Shown: positions 26,849 through 36,478 of the stretch, one piece after another
Position numbering within the stretch: position 1 is the stretch's first letter
Layout: each line of letters starts with the position of its first letter
Source of the DNA: Rickettsiaceae bacterium
Lineage (GTDB): Bacteria > Pseudomonadota > Alphaproteobacteria > Rickettsiales > Rickettsiaceae
Reading direction: 5' to 3'
DNA length: 64,000 bases
NCBI GenBank assembly: GCA_029266475.1
Contig: JAQSWU010000002.1
Span: 2,852-66,851 of the forward strand
Position numbers and translations under genes: made by a program
The notes under the pieces: generated by a model
The model's database searches: none
Told to the model about the DNA's origin: nothing
What the model saw: only the letters and a program-made list of their open reading frames with translations

Positions 26849-27449
26849 GACACTTAAGAATTTTTGGACTACTAACAGGAAGTGGAATCTATCCTTTTTT
26901 GCTCTATTTGCTGCAATCGTGCTGTGGGGACAAATAATGGATAATAGTATCTTTTTGCTTTTTTCAATTGTCTTTCCAGCAATGATGGTAAGTTTCTTAA
27001 ACCCTACATCATATAAAGAAGGCAAATTCTTTAATAGTGTCGGACAAGAGATCGCTATGGCTAACCCTAAATTTTTATGTTTTGCTATCTGGTTTGCTGC
27101 CTTCATGCTCACCTGCTTAACCGGAATACTTGATGCTTTACCTAATTTCATGGCTTTTATTTTCCTTAAAATTATTCCTGTATTTTGCGTTGTTGCGTAT
27201 TTCATATTTACCGATAATCCAATCTCAATTTTATTTAATTTAAAGAGTTATAATCACTCTATAACAGAGTTACCTAAACCAACTTCTAATACTCATACTC
27301 ATATAGTAACTATCCCTTTTCATACTTTTAAACCAGCTTCATATGAAGTTTCATATTACTCTTATAATAATGTTAACAATCCTAATAATAATGTACATAC
27401 AAACCCTGCATATAAATCGCTAGCATCCAATATATATCACCGCAATTGA
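26847..27449 (+). CDS. Putative 4-TM small membrane protein, antisense to the tra operon, between traG and the SLT gene
   Basis: Hydrophobic segments: FFALFAAIVLWGQIM, IFLLFSIVFPAMMVSFL, FLCFAIWFAAFMLTCLTGIL, FMAFIFLKIIPVFCVVAYFIF. The diverged partial copy at 22348-22468 keeps this frame with mostly conservative changes, whereas the opposite-strand frame changes non-conservatively. Confidence 0.4.
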   Translation: MTLKNFWTTNRKWNLSFFALFAAIVLWGQIMDNSIFLLFSIVFPAMMVSFLNPTSYKEGKFFNSVGQEIAMANPKFLCFAIWFAAFMLTCLTGILDALPNFMAFIFLKIIPVFCVVAYFIFTDNPISILFNLKSYNHSITELPKPTSNTHTHIVTIPFHTFKPASYEVSYYSYNNVNNPNNNVHTNPAYKSLASNIYHRN

Positions 27450-27460
27450 TTGATACTTAC

Positions 27461-30175
27461 CTAATCTTTTATCGAATCTCTTCCTGTAACTTTCTTAGAT
27501 ATCCGACTTCTTTTTGCTTGTTCTTGGTCAACCTCAAGCTTTAAATTATCGTATTTTGCTAAATTGTTTTCCAATTGATTCTCTATATTATCATCAGTAA
27601 ATTTAATCAAGTTCTTGGCTTTTTGATTTAATAAGGAATTATCTATAAATTTAGGATCGTTTACATCTATTCCTTTATCTTTTGCCAAGCTTTTCATATT
27701 ATCTTCAATGTTTTGCGATATTTCTTTGTCGCCAAATAATTCTTGCTCCCTTTGCTTGTAAGTATCATTGTTTATATTATTCTCTATTTGTCGTGCTTTA
27801 TTAATTAAAGGATTTTGCCCTACCTCCGAACTTACAAAACTATTATAATATTGCTTAAAACCTGGTTTTCTATGTTCCATTATCTCATGAGCCTCTGCTT
27901 GCGATACTTTGCCGACTCTTGCAATATAGTCTTGCATAGCCTGGTACTTCTCTGCATCGTAACTCATATCGGCGCTTTGTATTCTTGATTTATGATCACT
28001 AAACTGCTTTGCTGCTTCTCGGCGGAGCGATAACGACTCTTCCCATCCTTTCTGTCTTTGATAACTTTCTCTAACATCACTTGCATAATGTGTGTCTATA
28101 TTATTACTTTCTGCAAATTGCTCGTTCGATGCAGCTTTTACAATTTTATCAAAATTTTGCTGAACATTATCCTGTTTAGAAACATCATTACTTTCACCTA
28201 TTGATTGAGTATTACCTTTCCCGATTGACGCTCCTCCGCTAACACCTATTGATCCATTTGTTGTCCCCACCCCAACACCTGCAGACAGGGTTGCGTTTAC
28301 ACCCATTTGGGCTGCTTGATTCCAATCAGTATTTTGCCTTTCATGCAGGTTTTTAGCAACATTTACAGCATGTTGTAGCATCTTACCTTCCTGACCAAGC
28401 TTCTCGTAATTAACTGTATTGCCTAATGACTCATGCTTTGCATACTGCTCAACTAAGCTTGCAGTCTTATCGAAGGTCTGTCTTTGAGATTCTGTCCATG
28501 ATTTCTGAGTTGCTTCCATTTGACTAAAATTATCTCCTTCAGACTTGTTAAGCTGTGCAAGCTCACTTTCTCTAAAGTTTACCCGTGAAGTACCGGCAGA
28601 TGTTGTAAGCCCCGCGCCACTTTGAAACAATAGCCCTCCGCCCAATGTAGTTCTTTCTATTGTTCCTGAAGGATTTGCTACCTGAAACCCTCCACTATTA
28701 AATGAGCTGGAGAGATTTGCTGCAAAAGCATTTTGCATACCTCGCTGAAGGTTTCCAACATTTACATTATCGTAGCTCATATTGCCTGTAGCTATCTCTT
28801 GACCAATAGCTTGCGCTGCTGATTGAGCCGGCCCGAGCATACTTGTCGTCATATTAGATAAGCTTGCAGCACTTCCCCTGAATATTTGGTATGATATCAT
28901 TGGTAGCAATATCATCATGCCACTTGCTATAGAGGCAGCATTTGCATGGATATCCTGCATAGTCAGCATATTTTCCATCGTGAGCGTTTGAAAACCGCTT
29001 GTGCTTGTCTTGGTATGGCCATAAATTATAAGGTTTAATACTGCATAAAGTGGTGCCCACATTTGTAACCAAACAATAATGCCAACATAGTTTAGAAATA
29101 TCTTCCAACCTCCTGGGGCCACTATTAAAGGACATATAAATATAAAAGCTGAATAAAGTAATGCCTCTAATAATGTTTTCATTATTGGTAAAGCTTCTCT
29201 TGCAAGCTCACCACTCATAATGGATGAAGCCCTTTGTTGATTAAGTGCTCTTATCTTATTGAAGCTTATATTGGAGTCTCGGAGTGCATTAATCATTAAC
29301 TGTTGTCTCAGCATTGATTCCGCATCTCTCGTTCCTGAAAACGAACCCTTATAGCCAGTATTAAGGCTTTTTAAGAACGCACTTTTTAGATATTGATTAT
29401 CCTTTGTCTTATTTGGATCAACCTGGAACAAGCGTCCCGCAAACTTACGAGCTAAATTCTCTGTCTCTTGAGTCCAAGCTTTGTCTAAAAGCAGCGCTCC
29501 TGCACGACAAGTTACAATGTTTCTATTGCCTTGCTCATCACGATAATTAAAACCATATATATTTGAAGCCTTAGATTTAACTAGGCTCCAAACATCGTCA
29601 CTGCGTCTTAAATCTTCCTTAGTATATTTTTTACCATTTAAAGCATCGTACTTAACGCACTCATTGATAAACTGAAACATATTGTCGTAAAAATTAGCTC
29701 CCTGTATTTTAAACCCACGGCTTGCTGCAAGTAACTCAGAACCAAAAACCATTCCGTACTGATGATAGGGAGCGTAATCAACTGGAGTAAATAACTTCTC
29801 GAAACTTTGCGTAAAACCATAACCAATTTGGTGAGCCATGCTTGTAGGAAGCGCAAGACCGATTGGTACATTACTAACTTTACGTGTAGTATTTTGCACA
29901 ACGTCTTTTAACCATACATCCGCTTTAGGTACTATAAATAGACTTGTCAGAACTGAATAAGTTCCAATCCAAAGCAGCATTGGTCTAAGCTGAAAGCTAC
30001 CCTTTATTACAAATTCAAATAATAACTTAATAACACTAAAGCTAGCAACAGTGGATACTAGTAACGTACCCGTATTACTATTTGTAAAGGATGCCACAGC
30101 ATTAAATATATTAGGGAGGTAAGTTCCACCACCGTAACTGTAAATTATGTAATCCATTTGTCTCTTCTCCTTCAC
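27461..30175 (-). CDS. traG: F-type TraG (pilus assembly / mating-pair stabilisation)
   Basis: A polytopic N-terminal membrane domain and a long hydrophilic C-terminal region. It is 904 aa (F TraG is 938) and sits between traH and traD as in F. Confidence 0.85.
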   Translation of the reverse strand: MKEKRQMDYIIYSYGGGTYLPNIFNAVASFTNSNTGTLLVSTVASFSVIKLLFEFVIKGSFQLRPMLLWIGTYSVLTSLFIVPKADVWLKDVVQNTTRKVSNVPIGLALPTSMAHQIGYGFTQSFEKLFTPVDYAPYHQYGMVFGSELLAASRGFKIQGANFYDNMFQFINECVKYDALNGKKYTKEDLRRSDDVWSLVKSKASNIYGFNYRDEQGNRNIVTCRAGALLLDKAWTQETENLARKFAGRLFQVDPNKTKDNQYLKSAFLKSLNTGYKGSFSGTRDAESMLRQQLMINALRDSNISFNKIRALNQQRASSIMSGELAREALPIMKTLLEALLYSAFIFICPLIVAPGGWKIFLNYVGIIVWLQMWAPLYAVLNLIIYGHTKTSTSGFQTLTMENMLTMQDIHANAASIASGMMILLPMISYQIFRGSAASLSNMTTSMLGPAQSAAQAIGQEIATGNMSYDNVNVGNLQRGMQNAFAANLSSSFNSGGFQVANPSGTIERTTLGGGLLFQSGAGLTTSAGTSRVNFRESELAQLNKSEGDNFSQMEATQKSWTESQRQTFDKTASLVEQYAKHESLGNTVNYEKLGQEGKMLQHAVNVAKNLHERQNTDWNQAAQMGVNATLSAGVGVGTTNGSIGVSGGASIGKGNTQSIGESNDVSKQDNVQQNFDKIVKAASNEQFAESNNIDTHYASDVRESYQRQKGWEESLSLRREAAKQFSDHKSRIQSADMSYDAEKYQAMQDYIARVGKVSQAEAHEIMEHRKPGFKQYYNSFVSSEVGQNPLINKARQIENNINNDTYKQREQELFGDKEISQNIEDNMKSLAKDKGIDVNDPKFIDNSLLNQKAKNLIKFTDDNIENQLENNLAKYDNLKLEVDQEQAKRSRISKKVTGRDSIKD

Positions 30176-31557
30176 TCACCTTGCATATATTCGCCGAATA
30201 AAGCATCTAAATGCTTCTCGATCTGCATTGATCTTTGATGCATTGCAACAGTCAAATTAACCTCTGCAAACGCAAGTTGCCTTTCTTGGTAAAGTAATTC
30301 TCTGACGTCTCTTAGTTCTTTTTTAAATTGCTGAATTGTCTCTCCGCTAAACTGCGCTTGTTCCAGGTTATTTATAGCCATCCTAACTTGATCGAGCATA
30401 TTCTCTAAATGGCTTACTAATATGCCAAAGGCCATTGGTTCTGTATATTCATCAAGCGAAAGGCTTACCTGATCTCCACCTTTAAGTGCAGTTTGTAATT
30501 TAATTTCTTTTAAAATGGGAATCCTTGAAAGTTCTATAATACTTTTTTCTTCAGGCGATAACCCTTGCGAAGCGCCGTTCCCATTGGAGTCAAAATTCTC
30601 TGACATTACTTTATCTATAATAGAATCGATTAAGGATAAAATCTTGCCCTTCATAGTTCTTTCTTGCTCAAGGTTTACATCCTTTGACGAAACATTTAGA
30701 CATCCTGAATCTCTACAGCTATATAATTTTATTTTTTTCCCTCCTCTACCTTTGATAAGATGCATCAATGACTCTTTATCTTTTATAAGTGATTCCTTAA
30801 ATACAGGACGCTTCTTACCATTTTCCATTTTACTAATAAATGTACCACTAACACTCATTAATAACTCAATAGTAGTAATATCTGTTATCCCTGATTTAGT
30901 TAAAGCTTCGTATACAAGGTTATATTCGGTACCAAGTACTGCACCAAATCCTTGTTTGTTCTTGTAATGTCCTGATCCTGCCTCATCCAGTTTTGAACAG
31001 TCGTTCCTTGCAGCAAAATAATCAGCCACTCCTCCAGAGAGCCCGGATGTGCAAGCTAGTCTTTGTGCTTGTTCTGTTTTTGGCCAGAGACCTGCAACCG
31101 CAGATGCTGCAATCTGACAACTATTAATATTGCTGCTATTGATAAATCGTGCGACTGATTCAAAGTTTTTGATCAAGTTAGACATCATTGGAGATACCGT
31201 CTCTATTCCAAGCTGAACTATATAACCTGTAGCACCTTGAGCAATACTATCCATTAAACCTTCAATGGCTTCAGTATTGATATAACTGAATCCTCCTTTG
31301 AATAAATCTATACCGCCACATCCAGCCTTAATAGAAGGCAGCTCAATACTTGCAAGCTGTAGATTCTTTACATCTGATCTGGCATAAAAGCTTCCCCCAG
31401 TATAATAACCCCCACTTTGATCTTTAAGTGCTCCACTGCTAGTATTGTTAGTACTCATCCCAAGCTTCTGTACAAATTTCTCAAATCCGTCAACCTTAGC
31501 AGTTGCTTGAAGTGATGGCGCTAAAATTAGTATTATTATCAAAAGTAAGCGTTTCAT
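30172..31557 (-). CDS. traH: F-type TraH
   Basis: Signal peptide, the GGYYTGGSFYARS motif, conserved Cys residues and a C-terminal coiled-coil. It is 461 aa (F TraH is 458). Its 4-nt overlap with traG suggests translational coupling. Confidence 0.85.
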   Translation of the reverse strand: MKRLLLIIILILAPSLQATAKVDGFEKFVQKLGMSTNNTSSGALKDQSGGYYTGGSFYARSDVKNLQLASIELPSIKAGCGGIDLFKGGFSYINTEAIEGLMDSIAQGATGYIVQLGIETVSPMMSNLIKNFESVARFINSSNINSCQIAASAVAGLWPKTEQAQRLACTSGLSGGVADYFAARNDCSKLDEAGSGHYKNKQGFGAVLGTEYNLVYEALTKSGITDITTIELLMSVSGTFISKMENGKKRPVFKESLIKDKESLMHLIKGRGGKKIKLYSCRDSGCLNVSSKDVNLEQERTMKGKILSLIDSIIDKVMSENFDSNGNGASQGLSPEEKSIIELSRIPILKEIKLQTALKGGDQVSLSLDEYTEPMAFGILVSHLENMLDQVRMAINNLEQAQFSGETIQQFKKELRDVRELLYQERQLAFAEVNLTVAMHQRSMQIEKHLDALFGEYMQGE

Positions 31558-31568
31558 TGATCCTGTTC

Positions 31569-32339
31569 CTATTGTTTCTCTATAACTTGCTGTTTTTTGA
31601 GGTATTCAATTAAATACATAACATTCGTTTCTAATTCCCCTTTACTCATAAATCCCGTACCTAAGGGAAGTACTTGATTATCCCTTGGACTATACGCAAA
31701 TACAGAGGGCGTAGTCTTAACTTGTAAGTGTCTTATTAAATTTGGATTCTCAGTAGTTGGAAACTCTAAGCTTTTGCTTCCATCGACCGGAAGAGCTGCT
31801 ACAGAAAATTTATAGTTATCCGCAAATTCCTTTAAGTTAGGCGCAAACTCCTTGCAATATTTACAGGTGTTTGAGAACACATAAATCAAACCATATTTTT
31901 GTGCAAACCTTTCTATCTCAATTTGCTTTTCATACTGTTTAATCTCATCAGCAATACGTATAGCATTGTTATTTACAGGGTTTTTAATAACATCATTAAG
32001 TGATGGATCTTTTAAGAGAGCAAGCTTCCATGTTTTTTCAAACTTTGCTGCCTGATCTAAAACAATTCTCTGTAACTTAATATATTCAGTAACATTCTCT
32101 ACTGTGGGGTTCATTACAGAATGGATTCTTGCGTCATCAAGCTTTTTTTGCAGCCTCTCTAGCTCCTCCCTACTTCTCTGGGTTCTTCGCTCTTGAGTCA
32201 GTTCCTCTTGTTCCTCTTGATTTTTTTCTTCCTTTCTTTGTTCAAACCAATACCATCCACGTTGTTTTTCTTTATAAAAACTATCGGCGAATACCTGAGA
32301 AACATTCAATATTATAATAAAAAATAAAGTCCTTTTCAT
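31569..32339 (-). CDS. traF: F-type TraF/TrbB-like periplasmic thioredoxin-fold protein (retains CxxC)
   Basis: Signal peptide, RGWYWFE motif and a thioredoxin-like SNTCKYCKEFAP. It is 256 aa. Confidence 0.8.
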   Translation of the reverse strand: MKRTLFFIIILNVSQVFADSFYKEKQRGWYWFEQRKEEKNQEEQEELTQERRTQRSREELERLQKKLDDARIHSVMNPTVENVTEYIKLQRIVLDQAAKFEKTWKLALLKDPSLNDVIKNPVNNNAIRIADEIKQYEKQIEIERFAQKYGLIYVFSNTCKYCKEFAPNLKEFADNYKFSVAALPVDGSKSLEFPTTENPNLIRHLQVKTTPSVFAYSPRDNQVLPLGTGFMSKGELETNVMYLIEYLKKQQVIEKQ

Positions 32340-32348
32340 TTCAAACCA

Positions 32349-33608
32349 CTATTTTACCTTTGCTCTATGCCTTTCTTCAATATGTTTTGAACGATCTTTA
32401 AAGCGATCCCTCATGCCTGAATCCCTAATCTTATCAGCGCTCTCTATATGGTTTTCATTGTCTTTCAAATTATTTTTAAATGTTTCTAAATTTGTACCAG
32501 ATTCAAAGCTGTTAGTTCTTGATTGGCTTAGGCCAGGAGTAGATTTTGACATGTTATTCGCCATATTTTTTACCATCTTAGCATAAACTTCATTGGCTTT
32601 AGCCTGGATATCCTGTACGAATTCTGTTAAATCAACTTTTGAAAAATCTATTGACGATATTTCTTCCTTGGTAAACCCTCGACAAATTGGTTGCTGGGGA
32701 GTACCAAGATGATGTCTTCCTACCTGTTCATTGATGATTCTGCTAAACTTATTTTCATAACAGCAATACTTCTTTTTGGTGATAACACATTTTCCTAAAA
32801 TTTTTTTGACACAGATTTCTCCGATTTCGATGCATCTTTTTTCTTTTACTAATTTCGCTAGCTGCTTTTCTTGAGCGCTGCACCGCGCCCCTAGCTTCTT
32901 TCCCCACCCCTTTTCTTTTAAACAACAATCGGTATAATCTAACATTTTGTTGCTGCAGGAAAAGGCGTCCCCCTTGAATATATTGACGCTTATGTTTTCA
33001 TAATCCATATTCGCGCCCTGCATCATAGAAACATCCTTAGACATCTCAACAGCCGCCTTAAGACTAGCTAACGCCTCACCTAGTTCTTCATTTTTATCAT
33101 ACGAAGAATCTACACATGAGCCATCTCCACAAGGTAAACCCTCACAGAGAAGTCTTTGAGGGGCTTCTTTATCCTCAGGATCTAGTATAAGCTTGTCTTC
33201 TAATATCTTTTTCTCAATACTCTTCTTACAAATATATTCTCGCTTTTCATTTACACAGTAACTTATCCCATTCAAATAGACTGTAACAAGACAAGCATCG
33301 TCTATCTCTCTTGTCTCGATTGCTTGCTCCGCATCTTCTAAGAGATATTCTTTCTTCCACATACATCCAGCTTCTTTCAATTTATTACAATCATTTTTAG
33401 AGGGTAGCTGAAACACTTTCTTGTACGACTCCTGCCAACAGCTCTCTCTTACTTCCATCCCATCTATCCATCTTGTTTCATTTGGTTTAGTACATTTCCT
33501 ATCGAGTATCTCAAAAGGAGGATTAGCTGCTGCTTGCAAACAAACAATTAGCGTTGTAATGAAGATCGTCAATCTTGAACGCATATTTCTCTCCATTCCG
33601 TTGTCCAC
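32349..33608 (-). CDS. traN: F-type TraN (Cys-rich outer-membrane mating-pair stabilisation protein), short form
   Basis: It has its own signal peptide (RSRLTIFITTLIVCLQAAANP) and many Cys residues. The C-terminal TraN signature is KKYCCYENKFSRIINEQVGRHHLG...PICRGFTKEEISSIDFSKVDLTEF. It is 419 aa, against 602 in F. Confidence 0.8.
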   Translation of the reverse strand: MDNGMERNMRSRLTIFITTLIVCLQAAANPPFEILDRKCTKPNETRWIDGMEVRESCWQESYKKVFQLPSKNDCNKLKEAGCMWKKEYLLEDAEQAIETREIDDACLVTVYLNGISYCVNEKREYICKKSIEKKILEDKLILDPEDKEAPQRLLCEGLPCGDGSCVDSSYDKNEELGEALASLKAAVEMSKDVSMMQGANMDYENISVNIFKGDAFSCSNKMLDYTDCCLKEKGWGKKLGARCSAQEKQLAKLVKEKRCIEIGEICVKKILGKCVITKKKYCCYENKFSRIINEQVGRHHLGTPQQPICRGFTKEEISSIDFSKVDLTEFVQDIQAKANEVYAKMVKNMANNMSKSTPGLSQSRTNSFESGTNLETFKNNLKDNENHIESADKIRDSGMRDRFKDRSKHIEERHRAKVK

Positions 33609-34774
33609 CCATTACACTGCTTTGCCCTAACTTTGAAATTCAAATATAACCCCCCTCCTCCAGCTACCACTATCCTTATATCCATTATGTTTTTTCCAGT
33701 ATTTAGATAAGATTTTAATTCTAAATCTACGTTATTTCTTCTCCATATCCATTGCTCTGCATTATAGATTCCATTACCTGTAGAAACCAACCTTTCATAC
33801 CAATAGCGATATCTGTTTTTCCCCCAAAAAGTTCTTCCTATAAATGCTCGGTTCTCTGCCGTTTGATTCAATACTTCTAGTTTATCTCCGCCAAAAGGAC
33901 CGGCATAAATAATATGGCCATTGAGCTTTATAAGGATAAAGTCATCATAATTTATCTTTACAGCTTTAAAGCTATGCACAGAATCTACCCTATCAATGTC
34001 AAACTCTACCCTGTAATCATAAGCTTTTCCCTCACGAATATTCCCACTCCAGCCTACTGAATGCGTACAGTTGTCTGTACCAACAGAAACAACTCCTGTT
34101 TTAATATCATAGCTTGCAGGTATTATAGTATCACCGGTGACTTTCAAATTTTTGATATCTAACTCCTTTTCTGCTATACTAGTGCAATGTGCGATCAAAT
34201 CATTAATACAACTAAAGCTATTTCTTAAATGCTCGCAAGTATTCTTCTCTAATATTTCTTCGTACGCTTTTCTTTCTATTTTATCTATTATATAACCTTT
34301 AGAAGGCTGCCCCTTTTTTTCTGTACATGGCTTGCCAAATATTTCTTGAACATTCTTAGTAACAGAATCAAACTTATAAAATATGGAGTCATCTGCTGAA
34401 TACTGCTTTCTTTTTTCTACATTCCATAGCTTTGATGCTTGATGCAGCTCTGAATTCTTATCATGATACGCCTCATTCCTTATCCTTAAACCCTCAGAGT
34501 CTAGTGAGTCTGGTGAAAGGTTGTTTACCGCTTCTGCTTTATGTTTTGCATTCTCTATATTACCAAGCAATTTCTCATTAGTTTTTTGGTTTGTATCCTG
34601 CGCTACTCCCTTTGCCTTTTCTTTACTTTGCAAAACTTTACTTTGCAAATTCGGAGAAATTTTAGACTTAAATTGAGGAGAAAGCTTATCAAATGCGTAA
34701 CCTGAATTTATAAAGGTTATTATTAAAAATAAATAAACCATAGTTTTATTTGCCATTATCCCTACTCCGCGCAA
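33569..34774 (-). CDS. Secreted hypothetical protein inserted between trbC and traN (possible beta-sandwich adhesin-like C-terminal domain)
   Basis: Own signal peptide (MVYLFLIITFINSGYA) and Cys pairs. The C-terminal half includes VKINYDDFILIKLNGHIIYAGPFGG and IRIVVAGGGGLYLNFKV. It overlaps trbC (29 nt) and traN (40 nt). The canonical F order has no gene between trbC and traN. Confidence 0.6.
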   Translation of the reverse strand: MRGVGIMANKTMVYLFLIITFINSGYAFDKLSPQFKSKISPNLQSKVLQSKEKAKGVAQDTNQKTNEKLLGNIENAKHKAEAVNNLSPDSLDSEGLRIRNEAYHDKNSELHQASKLWNVEKRKQYSADDSIFYKFDSVTKNVQEIFGKPCTEKKGQPSKGYIIDKIERKAYEEILEKNTCEHLRNSFSCINDLIAHCTSIAEKELDIKNLKVTGDTIIPASYDIKTGVVSVGTDNCTHSVGWSGNIREGKAYDYRVEFDIDRVDSVHSFKAVKINYDDFILIKLNGHIIYAGPFGGDKLEVLNQTAENRAFIGRTFWGKNRYRYWYERLVSTGNGIYNAEQWIWRRNNVDLELKSYLNTGKNIMDIRIVVAGGGGLYLNFKVRAKQCNGWTTEWREICVQD

Positions 34775-35474
34775 GTAAATCTAAAGCGCTTATAGCAAGA
34801 TCACCTGATGCTGCAAACTTTGAAAGAGCATATTTAATTGCTACCGCTCCCTGCATACGATCATACCTCGGTATACACGTAGAGCCTGGTGGACATAGTT
34901 CTTTCTTTGCAAAAATTATGGTTGGTACTGAATCAATTTTGTACTCTGTAAATAAATGAGGATGAATTACGACGCTTGCTTTCGATTGTTCAGGTGAAAT
35001 AGAACTAATATATTCGGCTGTTTTACGAGCACTTCCATCAATAAAACCCCGAAGAACTAAAGTTGCACCATATTTTTCTGCTTCTTTGATAAAATCCTTT
35101 AGCATATTTTCATGCATAGAGTGGCTAACAAAAACCATTAAACCGGCTTCAGGCTTTTTTAACTCTAAACTCTTGAATACAGGGATTTGCTTCAAATGGT
35201 CTTGATAATTCTTATGTAATTTATGCGCATGATTCAAAGAATCTTCTGATGGCTCTTTTGTAAAGTTTTGATATTTATTGGTAAATTCTTGCGCCTTAAC
35301 TTCATTTTGCTGTTGTAACTCAAGAAACTTATTAGAATCAAACTTATTAAAATCACCAGGAGCAGCACATTTCTCAGACTGCATGCAATCTGAAGATGCA
35401 TAAATCTCTAAGCTGCAAATAAGACAATAAGCCAAAGCAGCTATCAAAGGAAACAACAATTCTTTTTTCGCCAT
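34746..35474 (-). CDS. trbC: F-type TrbC
   Basis: Signal peptide, then LMVFVSHSMHENMLKDFIKEAEKYGATLVLRGF and VVIHPHLFTEYKIDSVPTIIF, which match the TrbC signature. The position after traU fits F. Confidence 0.8.
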   Translation of the reverse strand: MAKKELLFPLIAALAYCLICSLEIYASSDCMQSEKCAAPGDFNKFDSNKFLELQQQNEVKAQEFTNKYQNFTKEPSEDSLNHAHKLHKNYQDHLKQIPVFKSLELKKPEAGLMVFVSHSMHENMLKDFIKEAEKYGATLVLRGFIDGSARKTAEYISSISPEQSKASVVIHPHLFTEYKIDSVPTIIFAKKELCPPGSTCIPRYDRMQGAVAIKYALSKFAASGDLAISALDLLARSRDNGK

Positions 35475-36478
35475 AGTAAATATCCAAAATCTTCACCGTT
35501 AACAGGAAATTCTTTACCCATATGCCAAAATGTATCCGTCATCCCAAGTGGATTACTAGTAAAATCACCCTTAGTAGTTGGTATAGGAAACGTCATCTGT
35601 AACTTATATTGGCTCTTTTTAATAAGGGGAGCATAACCCTTCCGACATAACTCTCCATCATACCAAGTACTCGTATCAGTACTTGTTCTAAGGGCAAGGC
35701 CCATACGATGGTATTTGGCAATCGTTCTTATCGCCAGTAAGCTACTTGCTTGCACTCCACCACTATGTCCTTGTACATATCCAGTAAACGGATAAATGCT
35801 GCCAAGACAACCCGCACACCAAAACATAGAGTCAAGGGGTAACTTTGTCGTTGCAGCCACGCAATCAGCTACGCAAGCTGTTTGAGATATTGGGTTACTA
35901 AAAATAAATGCTTCGGCATTTAAGATGCTTGCAAGAGTTTCATCATTATAGGTTGGATCAAACTCGCTCATATAAGCAAGATCAAAGCTTCCCATTTCAA
36001 GACACCCCATATCCGTTAATAGCTCAAGCCAATAAATCAAAGGATAAAGGTAATAATGTGTATGATAAAATGAGGTTCTATTCTGTAGTTCCTCTTTACT
36101 CATGGATTTATCATTTCCTCCTATAGAGCGCGAGGATGAGCCGCCAATTTTAATTCCCCCAAGATTAACCATACAAAACGGCGTCCTAGTCACGTCTATT
36201 AGACGAATTGGTTCCCAAAAACCAAGAGCAATACCAGGCACTGGAATCGGAATCCCTGCAACGTTTCTTGTACACACACAGAACATATTCGGAGGATTTG
36301 GCGTGTCTCTGTCTGAATTTTTTGATACAAGATTATGTCTACCTATAGAGATAGGAAACATATCCTTCCAAGCAATATCTGTAATCGGGTTTACAAACCT
36401 ACCAGTACAGGTACTTGCCGCCAAACTCTGGTGGGCATAAATAAACAATCCAAAGAATAAGCCTAAAGATCTAATCAC
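35444..36478 (-). CDS. traU: F-type TraU
   Basis: Signal peptide, then CTGRFVNPITDIAWKDMFPISIG and other conserved Cys motifs. It is 344 aa. Confidence 0.9.
   Translation of the reverse strand: MIRSLGLFFGLFIYAHQSLAASTCTGRFVNPITDIAWKDMFPISIGRHNLVSKNSDRDTPNPPNMFCVCTRNVAGIPIPVPGIALGFWEPIRLIDVTRTPFCMVNLGGIKIGGSSSRSIGGNDKSMSKEELQNRTSFYHTHYYLYPLIYWLELLTDMGCLEMGSFDLAYMSEFDPTYNDETLASILNAEAFIFSNPISQTACVADCVAATTKLPLDSMFWCAGCLGSIYPFTGYVQGHSGGVQASSLLAIRTIAKYHRMGLALRTSTDTSTWYDGELCRKGYAPLIKKSQYKLQMTFPIPTTKGDFTSNPLGMTDTFWHMGKEFPVNGEDFGYLLWRKKNCCFL

Noticed and set aside
26849-27205. N-terminal 119-aa extension of the SLT ORF as given in the track (start at 27205).
   Set aside because: The extension is Lys/Ala-rich with no signal peptide, whereas a good signal peptide follows the internal Met-Met. 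It is the mirror image of a strongly hydrophobic plus-strand ORF that looks more constrained in the second copy. It is not fully excluded.
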